A stretch of DNA of 64,000 nt from Eledone cirrhosa (lineage: Eukaryota). The translations under genes and the position numbers were made by a program. The notes under the pieces are model-generated. The model was given only the letters and a program-made list of their open reading frames with translations. It had not been told where the DNA came from and did no database searches. Location: positions 19,592,001-19,656,000 of the forward strand of contig OZ024766.1 in assembly GCA_964016885.1 (NCBI GenBank), in the 5' to 3' direction. This document shows, one piece after another, positions 1 through 13,903 of this stretch (positions are counted from its first letter, which is position 1; each line of letters begins with the position of its first letter).

Positions 1-697
1 GTTATTATAAATACAAGTACAAAGGGAATCCAGCAGCCAGACCACAAAGCAGTAGTGCTTGAGGGAGTAATGATGTGAAACATTCACATTCTACAGACCT
101 CTTGGGGTCTACAGACTTCTACTGACCTTTTACTCTATCCCTCTCTCCTGGCCTTACTGGCTCTCACCTTCTTGGCCACAGACTACGCCACCAAACAAGT
201 GAGACCGAAGCACCAGTCCTTGAGAGGAATAACAAATACTAAGGATACACACACACTCAGTAGGTTTCATTATACTGTTTACTTCTGTGTTTTATCTATT
301 CTTTTGTCTTCCTGTTGAATCACTTCTCGTGTATCGTTGTATTGATACATACATACACGCTAGCTCGAAGTAGCTAGTCAGCAAATTGATGTAGTGATAA
401 TTCCTGTCACAAATATATTACTTGATATTCAATGTAGCAACAAGTTAATATTGTTATTGTAAAATAAACATTGTCAACATCACAATTCTTGCATTATTCT
501 TTTTATCATTCATACACAAAAGAATAAATTTATCCACTACATATGCAACAAACAAAAGGGGACACATATTTCTACACACATACATTCACATATATATAGC
601 GTATGTAAATTCTGAACACTACAGATTTGTCAGCACAAGTCTTGGTTACAACTTCAACAAATAAAATGAAAGGAGAAGAATTTCTTAGTAAAACAGT

Positions 698-703
698 TTT
701 ATT
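698..703 (-). terminator. Candidate polyadenylation signal AATAAA (copies at ~7772, 19771, 28642, 37914, 62528)
   Basis: AATAAA on the minus strand followed by a T-rich tract, conserved downstream of all six ZNF copies. Confidence 0.5.
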
Positions 704-789
704 CAAAATATTAACATTGGTGGCACTATTTTGGGTGAGTGATATGGTTTTTATCTTGTCAGATTGTGTTGCATTAAGTAATCTTTACA

Positions 790-1200
790 AGAGAATAATT
801 TACCACAGACATCACAGTGATATGGTTCCTCTCCTGTATTAGTTAGTGTCTAGTAAAGCCACAACATTTAGACAATGATTTACCACAGACATCACAGTGA
901 TATAGTTCCTCTCCTGTAAATGTTAGTGCCGAATGAAGTGAGTTATTTCAGAGAATGATTTCCCACAGATATCACAGTGATATGGTTTCTGTCCTGTATG
1001 TATGTGTTTGTGTCTAATTGAACAAGCTATCATGGATAACAATTTACCACAAATATTACAGTGATATGGCTTTTCTCCAGTATATATATGTTTGCATGAA
1101 GTTAATGCAACAATGAACGAGAATAGCACAGTGGCATGGCTTCTCATATGAATGTATTTGTGTTTAATTCACCATTTTCAGACAATGAGATATTTTTTTG
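790..1200 (-). pseudogene. Relic out-of-frame C2H2 fingers and 2 copies of an 80-bp finger-derived repeat in the 3'UTR of ZNF1
   Basis: ORF 923..1147 shows degenerate [16 protein letters not shown] motifs after the stop; 80-bp units follow. Confidence 0.75.
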
Positions 1201-1201
1201 G

Positions 1202-2395
1202 TTATGGGTTCTCAGCCATATGGGTATATTTGTGTCTAGTTAAACTACTTGATACAGAGAATGATTTACCACAGATATCGCAGTCGTATTGCTTGTCTCC
1301 TATATGGGTATGTAAGTGTTTAGTTAAGTTACTACTATCGGAGAATGATTTACCACAGATATCACAGTGGTATGGCTTGTCTCCTGTATGGGTACGTAAG
1401 TGTTTAGTTAAGGTACTACTATCAGAGAATGATTTACCACAGATATCACAGTGGTATGGCCTGTCTCCTGTATGTATACGTTTGTGTCTAGTTAAGTTAC
1501 TACTTATATAGAATGATTTACCACAGATATCACAGTGGTATGGCTTGTCTCCAGTATGGGTACGTTCGTGTTTAGTTAAGGTACCACCTTCAGAGAATGA
1601 TTTACCACAGATATCACAGTGGTATGGCTTGTCTCCTGTATGGGTACGTAAGTGTTTAGTTAAGTAACTACTTGCAGAGAATGATTGACCACAGATATCA
1701 CAGTGGTATGTCGTGTCTCCTGTATGTATAAGTTTGTGTTTAGTTAAGGTACTACTATCAGAGAATGATCTACCACAGATATCACAGTGGTATGGCTTGT
1801 CTCCTGTATGTATACGTTTGTGTCTAGTTAAGCTAGCACTTCCAGAGAATGATTTACCACAGATATCACAGTGATATGGCTTGTCTCCTGTATGTGTACG
1901 TTTGTGGCAAGTTAAGTTACTACTATCAGAGAATGATCTACCACAGATATCACAGTGGTATGGCTTGTCTCCTGTATGTGTACGTTTGTGTCTAGTTAAG
2001 TCACCACTTTGAGAGACTGATTTACCACAGGTAACACAGTGGTATGGCTTGTCACCTGTATGTATACGTTTGTGTCTAGTTAAGTGACTACTTTGAGAGA
2101 ATGATTTACCACAGATTTCGCAGTGGTATGGATTGTCTCCTGTATGTGTACGTTTGTGTCTAGTTAAGTGACTACTTTGAGAGAATGATTTACCACAGAT
2201 ATCGCAGTGGTATGGCTTGTCTCCTGTATGTGTACGTTTGTGTGGAATTAACTGACCATTTTGAGAGAATGATTTACCACAGACATCACAGTGATATGGT
2301 TTCTCTCCTCTAGACTTTGGCATCTCTTCTGGAATAGCCATATCTCTAGACAATGTTTCACATTTAATCTTCCTCTCACTCAATTTAGTTTCCAT
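1202..2395 (-). CDS. Poly-C2H2 zinc-finger protein, 13 fingers (ZNF copy 1)
   Basis: 397-aa ORF = 33-aa leader + 13 x 28-aa CxxC..HxxxH repeats with mostly TGDKP linkers; no KRAB/SCAN/BTB/ZAD domain visible. Confidence 0.93.
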   Translation of the reverse strand: METKLSERKIKCETLSRDMAIPEEMPKSRGEKPYHCDVCGKSFSQNGQLIPHKRTHTGDKPYHCDICGKSFSQSSHLTRHKRTHTGDNPYHCEICGKSFSQSSHLTRHKRIHTGDKPYHCVTCGKSVSQSGDLTRHKRTHTGDKPYHCDICGRSFSDSSNLTCHKRTHTGDKPYHCDICGKSFSGSASLTRHKRIHTGDKPYHCDICGRSFSDSSTLTKHKLIHTGDTTYHCDICGQSFSASSYLTKHLRTHTGDKPYHCDICGKSFSEGGTLTKHERTHTGDKPYHCDICGKSFYISSNLTRHKRIHTGDRPYHCDICGKSFSDSSTLTKHLRTHTGDKPYHCDICGKSFSDSSNLTKHLHTHIGDKQYDCDICGKSFSVSSSLTRHKYTHMAENP

Positions 2396-2770
2396 GTTTC
2401 TTCTTCCCTTGGCAGAATTTACAGATGTTATTCTTGTCTTATTTTATATATTATATTCCTGAAGATATTTCTTCTGCTATATTTCCGGCAACGGTGATCT
2501 CAGTCAAGATCTGAAGATGATGCAAACTTCTTTCTGATCCAAGTTTAGTTAAGATTCAAAATCATCTTGTAAATATTTCAGATGCTGATGAAACTATACT
2601 TTTCCAAGACACACAGTTCTGAGGAAATATCTCACAGTAATTCTGCCATAGATTTATATAAACAGTGTTATATGAGTTCCTTATCAAAAGCTTTACTCTT
2701 GAAATGATGATAAATAGAGGGGATGTATTCAAGATTAAAAAATTATTTTATCCCAATGTCATCTGATATT

Positions 2771-2796
2771 CTGAAATAAGAAAGAAACAGTATGAG
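2771..2796 (-). promoter_or_regulatory. Candidate 3' splice acceptor of the ZNF exon (copies at ~10595, 22418, 31904, 39917)
   Basis: Minus strand reads ctcatactgtttctttcttatttcAG|aatatcag, a polypyrimidine tract plus CAG; 375 nt upstream of the ATG in copies 1-3; identical in all five copies. Confidence 0.7.
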
Positions 2797-3619
2797 ATAA
2801 TAGAGAATACTTTAGAAACAGAGATAGATTTAACATTGGAAATTTTATATTTCTATATTGATAAACTGTAGATATCAACTTTCCTGTCCAGAGTTATTCT
2901 CTCCAATGTAAGCAGTGGTATTCCACGATGCTCTATAAACTATATCCTTCTAACTCTTGGGAGGTCTGCTCTATAGCCTTTACCCAAGAACTTCATTCTT
3001 ATATGACATTCTAACATGGTAATTGTCTGAGACCTGAGATGTGTAACTTGACAGTTCCTTGAGTAACAGTTCTTTCTACCTGGAAGGGGAAAAGTGTTGT
3101 GTAATTCCTTGGTAACAGTCAAAGGATTCTCACACATGGCTACCCTAGGCACCCCAATAACATGACTTGTGTTAGGCTTGTAGACATAATTAGTGGGAAT
3201 TTATATTCGTAGGGATTACATAATTTTAGCGCTATTTTTTATCTTTTCTGTTTGGTTGTCTTTCCACTCATCAACCACTTTACAGCAAGGACTGGGTGTA
3301 TTGTTTGTGGCACTAGAGAGGTTATTTTAATGGTCTTAAGAGCTCATATATATACATATATATATACATATGTATATACATATATATATATACATATAAA
3401 TTTCACCAGAGATAGAAAACCAGAATTAGGCATTTAGTTTACATAATGAGACCACAACCCATCCTATTTATTTTAAATAGGTGGGGTGAATTAAAAGTGG
3501 GGTGGTGGTGTAAAAAATCTGAAAATTAAATGAGTGAGGGTGGGGGAAAATTATTTGAGATCTAAGCAAGGGTGGGGAACGATTATTTGAGACCAAAGTA
3601 AGGGAGGGGACAATTATTT

Positions 3620-4255
3620 GAGTTACACACATATCTACTGAGTTACACACACATCTACTGAGTTACACACACATCTACTGAGTTACACACACATCTACTG
3701 AGTTACATACACATCTACTGAGTTACATACACATTTACTGAGTTACATACACATCTACTGAGTTACACACACATCTACTGAGTTATACACACATCTACTG
3801 AGTTACATACACATTTACTGAGTTACATACACATCTACTGAGTTACACACACATCTACTGAGTTATACACACATCTACTGAGTTATACACACATCTACTG
3901 AGTTACACATACATCTACTGAGTTACACACACATCTACTGAGTTACACACACATCTACTGAGTTACATATACATCTACTGAGTTACACACACATCTACTG
4001 AGTTATACACACATCTACTGAGTTACACACACATCTACTGAGTTATACACACATCTACTGAGTTATACACACATCTACTGAGTTACACACATATCTACTG
4101 AGTTACATACACAGCTACTGAGTCACACACACATCTGAGTTACACACACATCTACACAGTTACACACACATCTTCTGAGTTACGCACACATCTACAGAGT
4201 TACACACATCTACTGAGTTACACACACATCTACTGAGTTATACACACATCTACTC
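3620..4255. repeat. 20-bp minisatellite (GAGTTACACACACATCTACT)n, about 32 copies
   Basis: Direct periodicity. Confidence 0.95.
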
Positions 4256-5003
4256 ATATATATTTATAAATAGACACATTATAAAATAATTATTATATAC
4301 ACTCACATCTATGAATGATTGAGGAAGAGCTGGTGAAACACTATAGCAATATGTTTCACCCCTTTTGGTTTTACCGGCTACATAGCCTATCCGTATTCTT
4401 ATATCAGGTGTGAATGTGTATTATCTTGTCTAGTATGTATAATGTATGTATGTATATATACAATATATATACACACATTTACATGAATACTTATATATAT
4501 ACATATACACATATAATTATACTTTATATATATATATATACTTTATATATATATATATATACTTTATATATATATATATATACTTTATATATATATATAT
4601 ATACTTTATATATATATATATATACTTTATATATATATATATACTTTATATATATATATATATATATACTTTATATATATAAAGTATATAAATTTTTAGA
4701 CAGAAAATACGGGAAAAATTAGTCAGAAATATTTTAAATATAAAACGGAATAAATTAATGAAAGAAACGTAAAACAGATAAAAGTTGTTGAAATACCTTG
4801 AAAATATAAAATATAGAAGAAAGAGACAGGAATTGATTGAGTTTGAAGTAAATTAATGAATGAACGAAAGTAGGTGGGGCAGGAACAGGAAGTAAAGACA
4901 GTAGAGTCTCGCAGTGAATGGTAAGGTTTAGGGTAAGAATTATTTTATTCCTGGTTGTATAAATAACATTATAAATTATAGAGAGACGAATAATATGCTG
5001 CAG

Positions 5004-5054
<51 letters not shown>

Positions 5055-5239
5055 CAGGACCGTGCAGCAAGTACAGTCTCGCAGTGAATGGTAAGTGTTA
5101 GAGTAAGAATTATTTTATTCCTGGTTGTATAAATAACATTAAAAATATCAAATAGATAAAAAAATATATACGTACACACACATATATATACATATATATA
5201 TATATACACACACACACCCATATATATATATATATATAT

Positions 5240-5838
5240 GAAAGGTTGTGAGTTCAATTCTCAGACCGGGTGATGTGTTGTTTCCTTGAGCAAGACACTT
5301 TATTTCACAATGCTCAAGTTTACTCAGCTGTAGAAATGAGATGATATGGACTGGGGTCCCTATAATTCCACTGCAAAATGGTCGTGGAGGTGCCACTGCA
5401 AAAAAGCACCCACCACTCACTGTAGAGTGGTCGTGGAGGTGCCACGGCAAAAAAGCACCCACCACTCACTGTAAAGTGGTCGTGGAGGTGCCACGGCAAA
5501 AAAGCACCCAGCCCTCACTGTAAATGAGGTTGTGGAGGTGCCACGGCAAAAAAGCACCCACCACTCACTGTAAAGTGGTCGTGGAGGTGCCACGGCAAAA
5601 AAGCACCCAGCACTCACTGTAAAGTGGTCGTGGAGGTGCCACGGCAAAAAAGCACCCACCACTCACTGTAAATGAGGTTGTGGAGGTGCCACGGCAAAAA
5701 AGCACCCAGCACTCACTGTAAATGAGGTTGGTGTTAGGAAGGGCATCCAGCTGTAGAAATCAAGCCAGAATCAGTTCCCATCCCACCCTTGCAAGCAGGG
5801 GAAAGCGGACGTAAAATGATGATGATGATGATGATGAT
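5240..5838 (+). mobile_element. 5'-truncated tRNA/CORE-type SINE with internal 49-bp VNTR (about 7 copies)
   Basis: B-box GAGTTCAATTC, CORE-like TCCTTGAGCAAGACACTT, 49-bp repeats, RTE-like tail ending (GAT)n. Confidence 0.85.
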
Positions 5839-5990
5839 ATATACACCAGGTCCATAAAAGATTTAGAGAAGGTGAATATCTCAAGAATTATTTTATTCCT
5901 AAATAACATTACAAATTATACTTAGACGAAGAATGTGGTGTAGTAAATATATATATATATATACACATACATGTGTATATATATATACAC

Positions 5991-6024
<34 letters not shown>

Positions 6025-6029
<5 letters not shown>

Positions 6030-6470
6030 TACCAATGAATACAGTGAAGAATTTAGTATAAAAGTTGGTGTTCATCAAGGCTCTGTCCTTAGCCCCCTCC
6101 TATTTATTATTGCCCTTCAGGCTAAAACAGAGGAGTTTAAGACAGGCTGCCCATGGGAACTTCGATACACAGATGATCTAACAGCTGAACTAGATAAGAA
6201 ATTCCAAACATGGAAGCATGGCCTAGAATCAAAAGGCCTTAAAGTTAACTTGTCTAAGACTAAAGTTCTAGTTTGTAGGAAGGAAAATAGGGCACAGGTG
6301 CTCTCTGGGAAATGGCCATGTCCAGTGTATAGGAAAGGAGTAGGTAGAAATTCCATTTTATGTTCCAAATACAAACTATGGGTACATAACAGACGTACTG
6401 GGAACACAGGCCAGCTATCTAAGAACATAGATTTTATATGTGGCTGATGCTCAGGTGTAATAAGTAGCAA
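6025..6470 (+). mobile_element. Old degenerate RTE LINE fragment (RT core); copies at 18019-18462, 26897-27342, 36149-36594
   Basis: VGVHQGSVLSPLLF, PWELxY(T/A)DDL, VNLSKTK and a decayed Cys-rich motif. Confidence 0.85.
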
Positions 6471-6473
6471 GTT

Positions 6474-6860
6474 CCAGACGTTGGACCTTCAATGTATCCA
6501 TACCCAGGAAGGCAAGGCATTCAAAGTATGGTAGATGGAGCGTATTCACTTGGTTGCACGTCTCTAAACAATTTCCAGATCAATGTTCTGAGCAAGACAG
6601 GGGTTCCAGACTGGTGATGCAAATTCTAAGTGTGGCCGCACCATAGCTATTTACAGCTTTAAATAGATAGATAAATGCATGGTCGTACACTTGTACACAG
6701 CCAGCTTGAGTTGCCAGTCCGTGGTCCATTGCTGCATTGTGTCCAGATCTATAGTGTTCAGGATCTGTCCTTTTTATCTCAAGGGACAGCTTGATGTCAT
6801 CTGCATATTTCAGTACTGTGACATACTTTAAGTTGGCATCTATGTCATTAATAGATGTGT
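6474..6860 (-). mobile_element. Old CR1-type LINE fragment; copies at ~18465, 27345, 36597
   Basis: Nucleotide similarity to the CR1-type element at 61.7-61.86 kb (TTCCAGAC, GGCAAGGCATTCAGAGTATGGTAG, GGTTGCACGTCTCT). Confidence 0.7.
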
Positions 6861-7864
6861 AAACGGAATTCTCCTATAAATTACCTGGCAAAGATTTGAA
6901 ACCGAATCTAAAAGTTCTCGTATCTGGGACCACCTATCGTTGCGAGTTTCCCACCATTGTCCTGTCAAGAGACAACAATGATGAATATACATGCCACTTG
7001 ACCTGTGACCCCAGCTTCAAGATAGCTGAAACTCACATGGCTACTCATAAATCAACCCCGTATACACATCCTTCTAGCTATAGGGTTATTATAAATACAA
7101 GTACAAAGGGAATCCAGCAGCCAGACCACGAAGCAGTAGTCCTTAAGAGAAAAATGATGTGAAACATTCACATTCTACAGACCTCTTGGTGTCTACAGAC
7201 TTCTACTGACCTTTTACTCTATCTCTCTCCTGGCCCTCACCTTCTCGGCCACAGACTACGCCACCAAACAAGAGAGACCGAAGCAGCAGTCCTTGAGAGG
7301 AATAACAAATACTAAGGATACACACACACTCAATAGGTTTCATTATACTGTTTACTTCTGGGTTTTATCTATTCTTTTGTCTTCCTGTTGAATCACTTCT
7401 CGTGTATCATTGTATTGATACATACATACACGCTAGCTCGAAGTAGCTAGTCAGCAAATTGATGTAGTGATAATTCCTGTCACAATTTTTATTACTTGAT
7501 ATTCAATGTAGCAACAAGTGAATATTGTTATTGTAAAATAAACATTGTCAACATCACAATTCTGGCATTATTCTTTTTATCATTCATACACAAAAGAATA
7601 CATTTATCCACTACATATGCAACAAACAAAAGGGGACACAAATTTCTACACACATACATTCACATATATATAGCGTATGTAAATTCTGAACGCTACAGAT
7701 TTGTCAGCACAAGTCTTGGTTACAACTTCAACAAATAAAATGAAAGGAGAAGAATTTCTTAGTAAAACAGTTTTATTCAAAATATTAACATTGGTGGCAC
7801 AATTTTGGGTGAGTGGTATGGTTTTTATCTTGTCTGATTGTGTTGCATTAAGTAATCTTTACAA

Positions 7865-8080
7865 GAGAATGATTTACCACAGACATCACAGTGATATAGT
7901 TCCTCTCCTGTATATGTTAGTGTCTAGCGAAGCCATAACATTTAGACAATGATTTACCACAGACATCACAGTGATATATTTCCTCTACTGTAAATGTTAG
8001 TGTCTAGTTAAGCCATAACATTTAGACAATGATTTACCAGACATCACAGTGATATAGTTCCTCTCCTGTAAATGTTAGTG
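7865..8080 (-). repeat. 80-bp finger-derived tandem repeat, 3 copies
   Basis: ATGATTTACCACAGACATCACAGTGATATAGTTCCTCTCCTG recurs with a period of about 80 bp. Confidence 0.8.
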
Positions 8081-8353
8081 CCGAATGAAGTGAGTTATTT
8101 CAGAGAATGATTTCCCACAGATATCACAGTGATATGGTTTCTCTCCTGTATGTATATGTTTGTGTCTAGTTGAACAAGCTATCATGGATAACAATTTACC
8201 ACAAATATTACAGTGATATGGCTTTTCTCCAGTATATATATGTTTGTATGAAGTTAATGCAGCAATGAAAGAGAATAGCACAGTGGCATGGCTTCTCATA
8301 TGAATGTATTTGTGTTTAATTCACCATTTTCAGACAATGAGATATTTTTTTGG

Positions 8354-10219
8354 TTATGGGTTCTCAGCCATATGGGTATATTTGTGTCTAGTTAAACTAC
8401 TTGATACAGAGAATGATTTACCACAGATATCGCAGTCGTATGGCTTGTCTCCTGTATGGGTACGTAAGTGTTTAGTTAAGGTACTACTATCAGAGAATGA
8501 TTTACCACAGATATCACAGTGGTATGGCTTGTCTCCTGTATGGGTATATTTGTGTCTAGTTAAACTACTTGATTCAGAGAACGATTTACCACAGATATCA
8601 CAGTGGTATGGCTTGTCTCCTGTATGGGTATATTTGTGTCTACTTAAACTACTTGATTCAGAGAACGATTTACCACAGATTTCACAGTGGTATGGCTTGT
8701 CTCCTGTATGGGTACGTAAGTGTTTAGTTAAGGTACTACTATCAGAGAACGATTTACCACAGATATCGCAGTGATATGGCTTGTCTCCTGTATGGGTAAG
8801 TTTGTGTCTAGTTAAGTGACTACTATCAGAGAATGATTTACCACAGATATCACAGTGGTATGACTTGTCTCCTGTATGGGTAAGTTTGTGTCTAGTTAAG
8901 TGACTACTATCAGAGAATGATTTACCACAGATATCACAGTGGTATGGCTTGTCTCCTGTATGTATACGTTTGTGTCTAGTTAAGTTACTACTTATATAGA
9001 ATGATTTACCACAGATATCACAGTGGTATGGCTTGTCTCCAGTATGGGTACGTTCGTGTTTAGTTAAGGTACCACCTTCAGAGAATGATTTACCACAGAT
9101 ATCACAGTGGTATGGCTTGTCTCCTGTATGGGTACGTTTGTGTGTAGTTAAACTACCACCTTCAGAGAATGATTTACCACAGATATCACAGTGATATGGC
9201 TTGTCTCCTGTATGTATATGTTTGTGGGAAGTTAAGTGACTGCTTACAGAGAATGATTTACCACAGATATCACAGCAGTATGGCTTGTCTCCTGTATGGG
9301 TACGTAAGTGTTTAGTTAAGTAACTACTTGCAGAGAATGATTTACCACAGATATCACAGTGGTATGGCCTGTCTCCTGTATGTATACGTTTGTGAGTAGT
9401 TAAGTAAGTACTTATATAGAATGATTTATCACAGATGTCGCAGTGGTATGGCTTGTCTCCTGTATGGGTACGTTCGTGGCTAGTCAAGTGACTACTTCGA
9501 GAGAATGATTTACCACAGATGTTGCAGTGGTATGGCTTGTCTCCTGTATGTATACGTTTGTGGCTAGTTAAGGTACCACTATCAGGGAATGATTTACCAC
9601 AGATATCACAGTGGTATGGCTTGTCACCTGTATGTATACGTTTGTGTCTAGTTAAGGTACTACTTTGAGAGAATGATTTACCACAGATTTCGCAGTGGTA
9701 TGGCTTGTATCTTGTATGTGTACGTTTGTGGCAAGTTAAGTTACTACTATCAGAGAATGATCTACCACAGATATCGCAGTGATATGGCTTGTCTCCTGTA
9801 TGTGTACGTTTGTGTCTAGTTAAGTCACTACTTTGAGAGAATGATTTACCACAGGTAACACAGTGGTATGGCTTGTCACCTGTATGTGTACGTTTGTGTC
9901 TAGTTAAGTGACTACTTTGAGAGAATGATTTACCACAGATTTCGCAGTGGTATGGCTTGTCTCCTGTATGTGTACATTTGTGTCTAGTTATGTGACTACT
10001 TTGAGAGAATGATTTACCACAGATATCGCAGTCGTATGGCTTGTCTCCTGTATGGGTACGTTTGTGTGGAATTAACTGACCATTTCGAGAGAATGATTTA
10101 CCACAGACATCACAGTGATATGGTTTCTCTCCTCTAGACTTTGGCATCTCTTCTGGAATAGCCATATCTCTAGACAATGTTTCACATTTAATCTTCCTCT
10201 CACTCAATTTAGTTTCCAT
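8354..10219 (-). CDS. Poly-C2H2 zinc-finger protein, 21 fingers (ZNF copy 2)
   Basis: 621-aa ORF = same 33-aa leader + 21 x 28 aa. Confidence 0.93.
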   Translation of the reverse strand: METKLSERKIKCETLSRDMAIPEEMPKSRGEKPYHCDVCGKSFSRNGQLIPHKRTHTGDKPYDCDICGKSFSQSSHITRHKCTHTGDKPYHCEICGKSFSQSSHLTRHKRTHTGDKPYHCVTCGKSFSQSSDLTRHKRTHTGDKPYHCDICGRSFSDSSNLTCHKRTHTRYKPYHCEICGKSFSQSSTLTRHKRIHTGDKPYHCDICGKSFPDSGTLTSHKRIHTGDKPYHCNICGKSFSRSSHLTSHERTHTGDKPYHCDICDKSFYISTYLTTHKRIHTGDRPYHCDICGKSFSASSYLTKHLRTHTGDKPYCCDICGKSFSVSSHLTSHKHIHTGDKPYHCDICGKSFSEGGSLTTHKRTHTGDKPYHCDICGKSFSEGGTLTKHERTHTGDKPYHCDICGKSFYISSNLTRHKRIHTGDKPYHCDICGKSFSDSSHLTRHKLTHTGDKSYHCDICGKSFSDSSHLTRHKLTHTGDKPYHCDICGKSFSDSSTLTKHLRTHTGDKPYHCEICGKSFSESSSLSRHKYTHTGDKPYHCDICGKSFSESSSLTRHKYTHTGDKPYHCDICGKSFSDSSTLTKHLRTHTGDKPYDCDICGKSFSVSSSLTRHKYTHMAENP

Positions 10220-11442
10220 GTTTCTTCTTCCCTTGGCAGAATTTACAGATGTTATTCTTGTCTTATTTTATATATTATATTCCTGAAGATATTTCTTCTG
10301 CTATATTTCCGGCAACGGTGATCTCAGTCAAGATCTGAAGATGATGCAAACTTCTTTCTGATCCAAGTTTAGTTAAGATTCAAAATCATCTTGTAAATAT
10401 TTCAGATGCTGATGAAACAATTCTTTTCCAAGACACACAGTTCTGAGGAAATATCTCACAGTAATTCTGCCATAGATTTAAATAAACAGTGTTATATGAG
10501 TTCCTTATCAAAAGCTTTAGTCTTGAAATGATGATAAATAGAGGGGATGTATTCAAGTTTAAAAAATTATTTTATCCCAATGTCATCTGATATTCTGAAA
10601 TAAGAAAGAAACAGTATGAGATAATAGAGAATACTTTAGAAACAGAGATAGATTTAATGATAAACTGTAGATATCAACTTTCCTGTCCAGAGTTATTCTC
10701 TCCAATGTAAGCAGTGATATTCCATGATGCTCTATAAACTATATCCTTCTAACTTTTGGGAGGTCTGCCCTATACCCTTTACCCAAGAACTTCACTCTTA
10801 TATGACATTCTAACATGGTAATTGTCTGAGACCTGAGATGTGTAACCTGACAGTTCCTTGAGTAACAGTTCTTTCTACCTGGAAGGGGAAAAGTGCTGTG
10901 TAATTGCTTGGTAACAGTCAAAGGATTCTCACACATGGCTACCCTAGGCACCCCAATAACATGACTTGTGTTAGGCTTGTAGACACAATTAATGGGAATT
11001 TTTATTCGTAGGGATCACATAATTTTAGCGTTATTTTTTTTCTTTTCTGTTTGGATGCCTTTCCTCTCATCAACCACTTTACAGCAAGGACTGGGTGTAT
11101 TGTTTGTGGCACTAGAGAGGTTATTTTAATGGTCTTAAGAGCTCATATATATACATATATATACATATGTATAAATATTTATATATCTATACATATATAT
11201 ATACATATATATATATACATATAAATTTCACCAGATAGAAAACCAGAATTAGTCATTTAGTTTACATAATGAGACCACAACCCATCCTATTTATTTAAAA
11301 TGGGTGGGGTGAATTAAGAGTGGGGTGGTGGTGTAAATAATCTGAAAATTAAATGAGTGAGGGTGGGGGAAAATTATTTGAGATCTAAGCAAGGGTGGGG
11401 AACGATTATTTGAGACCAAAGTAAGGGAGGGGACAATTATTT

Positions 11443-12770
11443 GAGTTACACACATATCTACTGAGTTACACACACATCTACTGAGTTACACACACATCTA
11501 CTGAGTTACGTACACATCTACTGAGTTACATACACATCTACTGAGTTACACACACATCTACTGAGTTACACACACATCTACTGAGTTACATACACATCTA
11601 CTGAGTTACACACACATCTACAGAGTTATACACACATCTACTGAGTTACATACACATCTACAGAGTTACATACACATCTACTGAGTTACACACATATCTA
11701 CTGAGTTACACACATATCTACTGAGTTACATACACAGCTACTGAGTTACACACACATCTACTGAGTTACATACACATCTACTGAGTTACACACACATCTA
11801 CTGAGTTACATACACATTTACTGAGTTACATACACATCTACTGAGTTGCACACACATCTACTGAGTTATATGCACATCTACTGAGTTACACACACATCTA
11901 CTGAGTTACATACACATCTACTGAGTTACACACATCTACTGAGTAAATACACATATCTACTGAGTTACATACACATCTACTGAATTACACACACATCTAC
12001 TGAGTTATATACATCTAATGAGTTACACACACACATCTACTGAGTTACATACACATCTACTGAGTTACACACACATCTGAGTTACACACACATCTCCTGA
12101 GCTACACACATATCTACAGAGTTACACACACATCTACAGAGTTATACACACATCTACTGAGTTACACACACATCTACTGAGTTATACACACGTCTACTGA
12201 GTTATACACACATCTGAGTTACGCACACATCTGAGTTACACACACATCTACTGAGTTACACACACATCTACTGAGTTACACACACGTCTACTGAGTTATA
12301 CACACGTCTACTGAGTTACACATACATCTGAGTTACACACACATCTGAGTTACACACACATCTACTGAGTTACACACATCTGAGCTACACACACATCTGA
12401 GTTACACACACATCTGAGTTACACACACATCTACTGAGTTACATACATCTACTGAGTTACACACACATCTACGGAGTTATACACACATCTACTGAGTTAC
12501 ACACACATCTACTGAGATACACACACATCTACTGAGATACACGCACACCTACTGAGTTACATACATCTACTGAGTTACACGCACACCTACTGAGTTACAT
12601 ACACATCTACTGAGTTACACACACATCTACTGAGTTACACACACATCAACTGAGTTGCATACACATCTACTGAGTTACACACATCTACTGAGTTACACAC
12701 ACATCTACAGAGTTATACACACATCTACTGAGTTACACACACATCTACAGAGTTATACACACATCTACTC
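11443..12770. repeat. 20-bp minisatellite, about 67 copies
   Basis: Direct periodicity with 17-18-bp variants. Confidence 0.95.
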
Positions 12771-13630
12771 ATATATATTTATAAATAGACACATTATACA
12801 AAATAATTATTATATACACTCACATCTATGAATGATTGAGGAAGAGCTGGTGAAACACTATAGCAATATGTGTGTTTCACCCATTTTGGTTTTACCGGCT
12901 ACATAGCCTATCCGTATTCTTATATCAGATGTGTAGGTGTATTATCTTATCTAGTATGTATAATGTATGTATGTATATATACAATATATATACACACATT
13001 TACATAAATACTTATATATATACATATACACATATTATATACTTTATATATATATATACCTTATATATATATATACCTTATATATATATATACTTTATAT
13101 ATATATATATACTTTATATATATATATATATACTTTATATATATATATATATATACTTTATATATATATATATATACTTTATATATATATATATATACTT
13201 TATATATATATACTTTATATATATATATATACTTTATATATATATATATACTTTATATATATATATACTTTATATATATATATATATATACTTTATATAT
13301 ATAAAGTATATATAAATATTTAGACAGAAAATACGGGAAAAATTAGTCAGAAATATTTTAAATATAAAACGGAATAAATTAATGAAAGAAACGTAAAAAA
13401 GATAAAAATTGTTGAAATACCTTGAAAATATAAAATATAGAAGAAAGAGACAGGAATTGATTGAGTTTGAAGTAAATTAATGAATGAACGAAAGTAGGTG
13501 GGGCAGGAACAGGAAATAAAGACAGTAGAGTCTCGCAGTGAATGGTAAGGTTTAGAGTAAGAATTATTTAATTCCTGGTTGTATAAATAACATTACAAAT
13601 TATACTGATACGAATAATGTGCTGTAGAAA

Positions 13631-13698
<68 letters not shown>

Positions 13699-13825
13699 CA
13701 AGTCCGTACAGCAAGTACAGTCTCGCAGTGAATGGTAAGTGTTAGAGTAAGAATTATTTTATTCCTGGTTGTATAAATAACATTAAAAATATCAAATAGA
13801 TAAAAAAATATATACGTACACACAC

Positions 13826-13901
<76 letters not shown>

Positions 13902-13903
13902 TT

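Larger units (their letters stand above)
1..7084. repeat. Segmental tandem duplication unit 1 (~7.1 kb)
   Basis: The anchor GTTATTATAAATACAAGTAC recurs at 1, 7085, 19084, 27963 and 37216 with collinear, near-identical flanks. Confidence 0.92.

Noticed and set aside
923-1147. 74-aa small zinc-finger ORF as a separate gene
   Set aside because: The fingers are degenerate, it lies in the presumed 3'UTR, and it is frameshifted in unit 3 (~20285).
6896-7162. 88-aa ORF repeated in the units (also the 60-83-aa ORFs at 627, 2291, 2940 and 3468)
   Set aside because: Most rely on non-ATG starts, none has a recognisable domain, several are disrupted in some units, and their conservation is explained by recent duplication.
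8304-8774. Plus-strand ORFs with [16 protein letters not shown] repeats
   Set aside because: They are antisense shadows of the C2H2 repeats.
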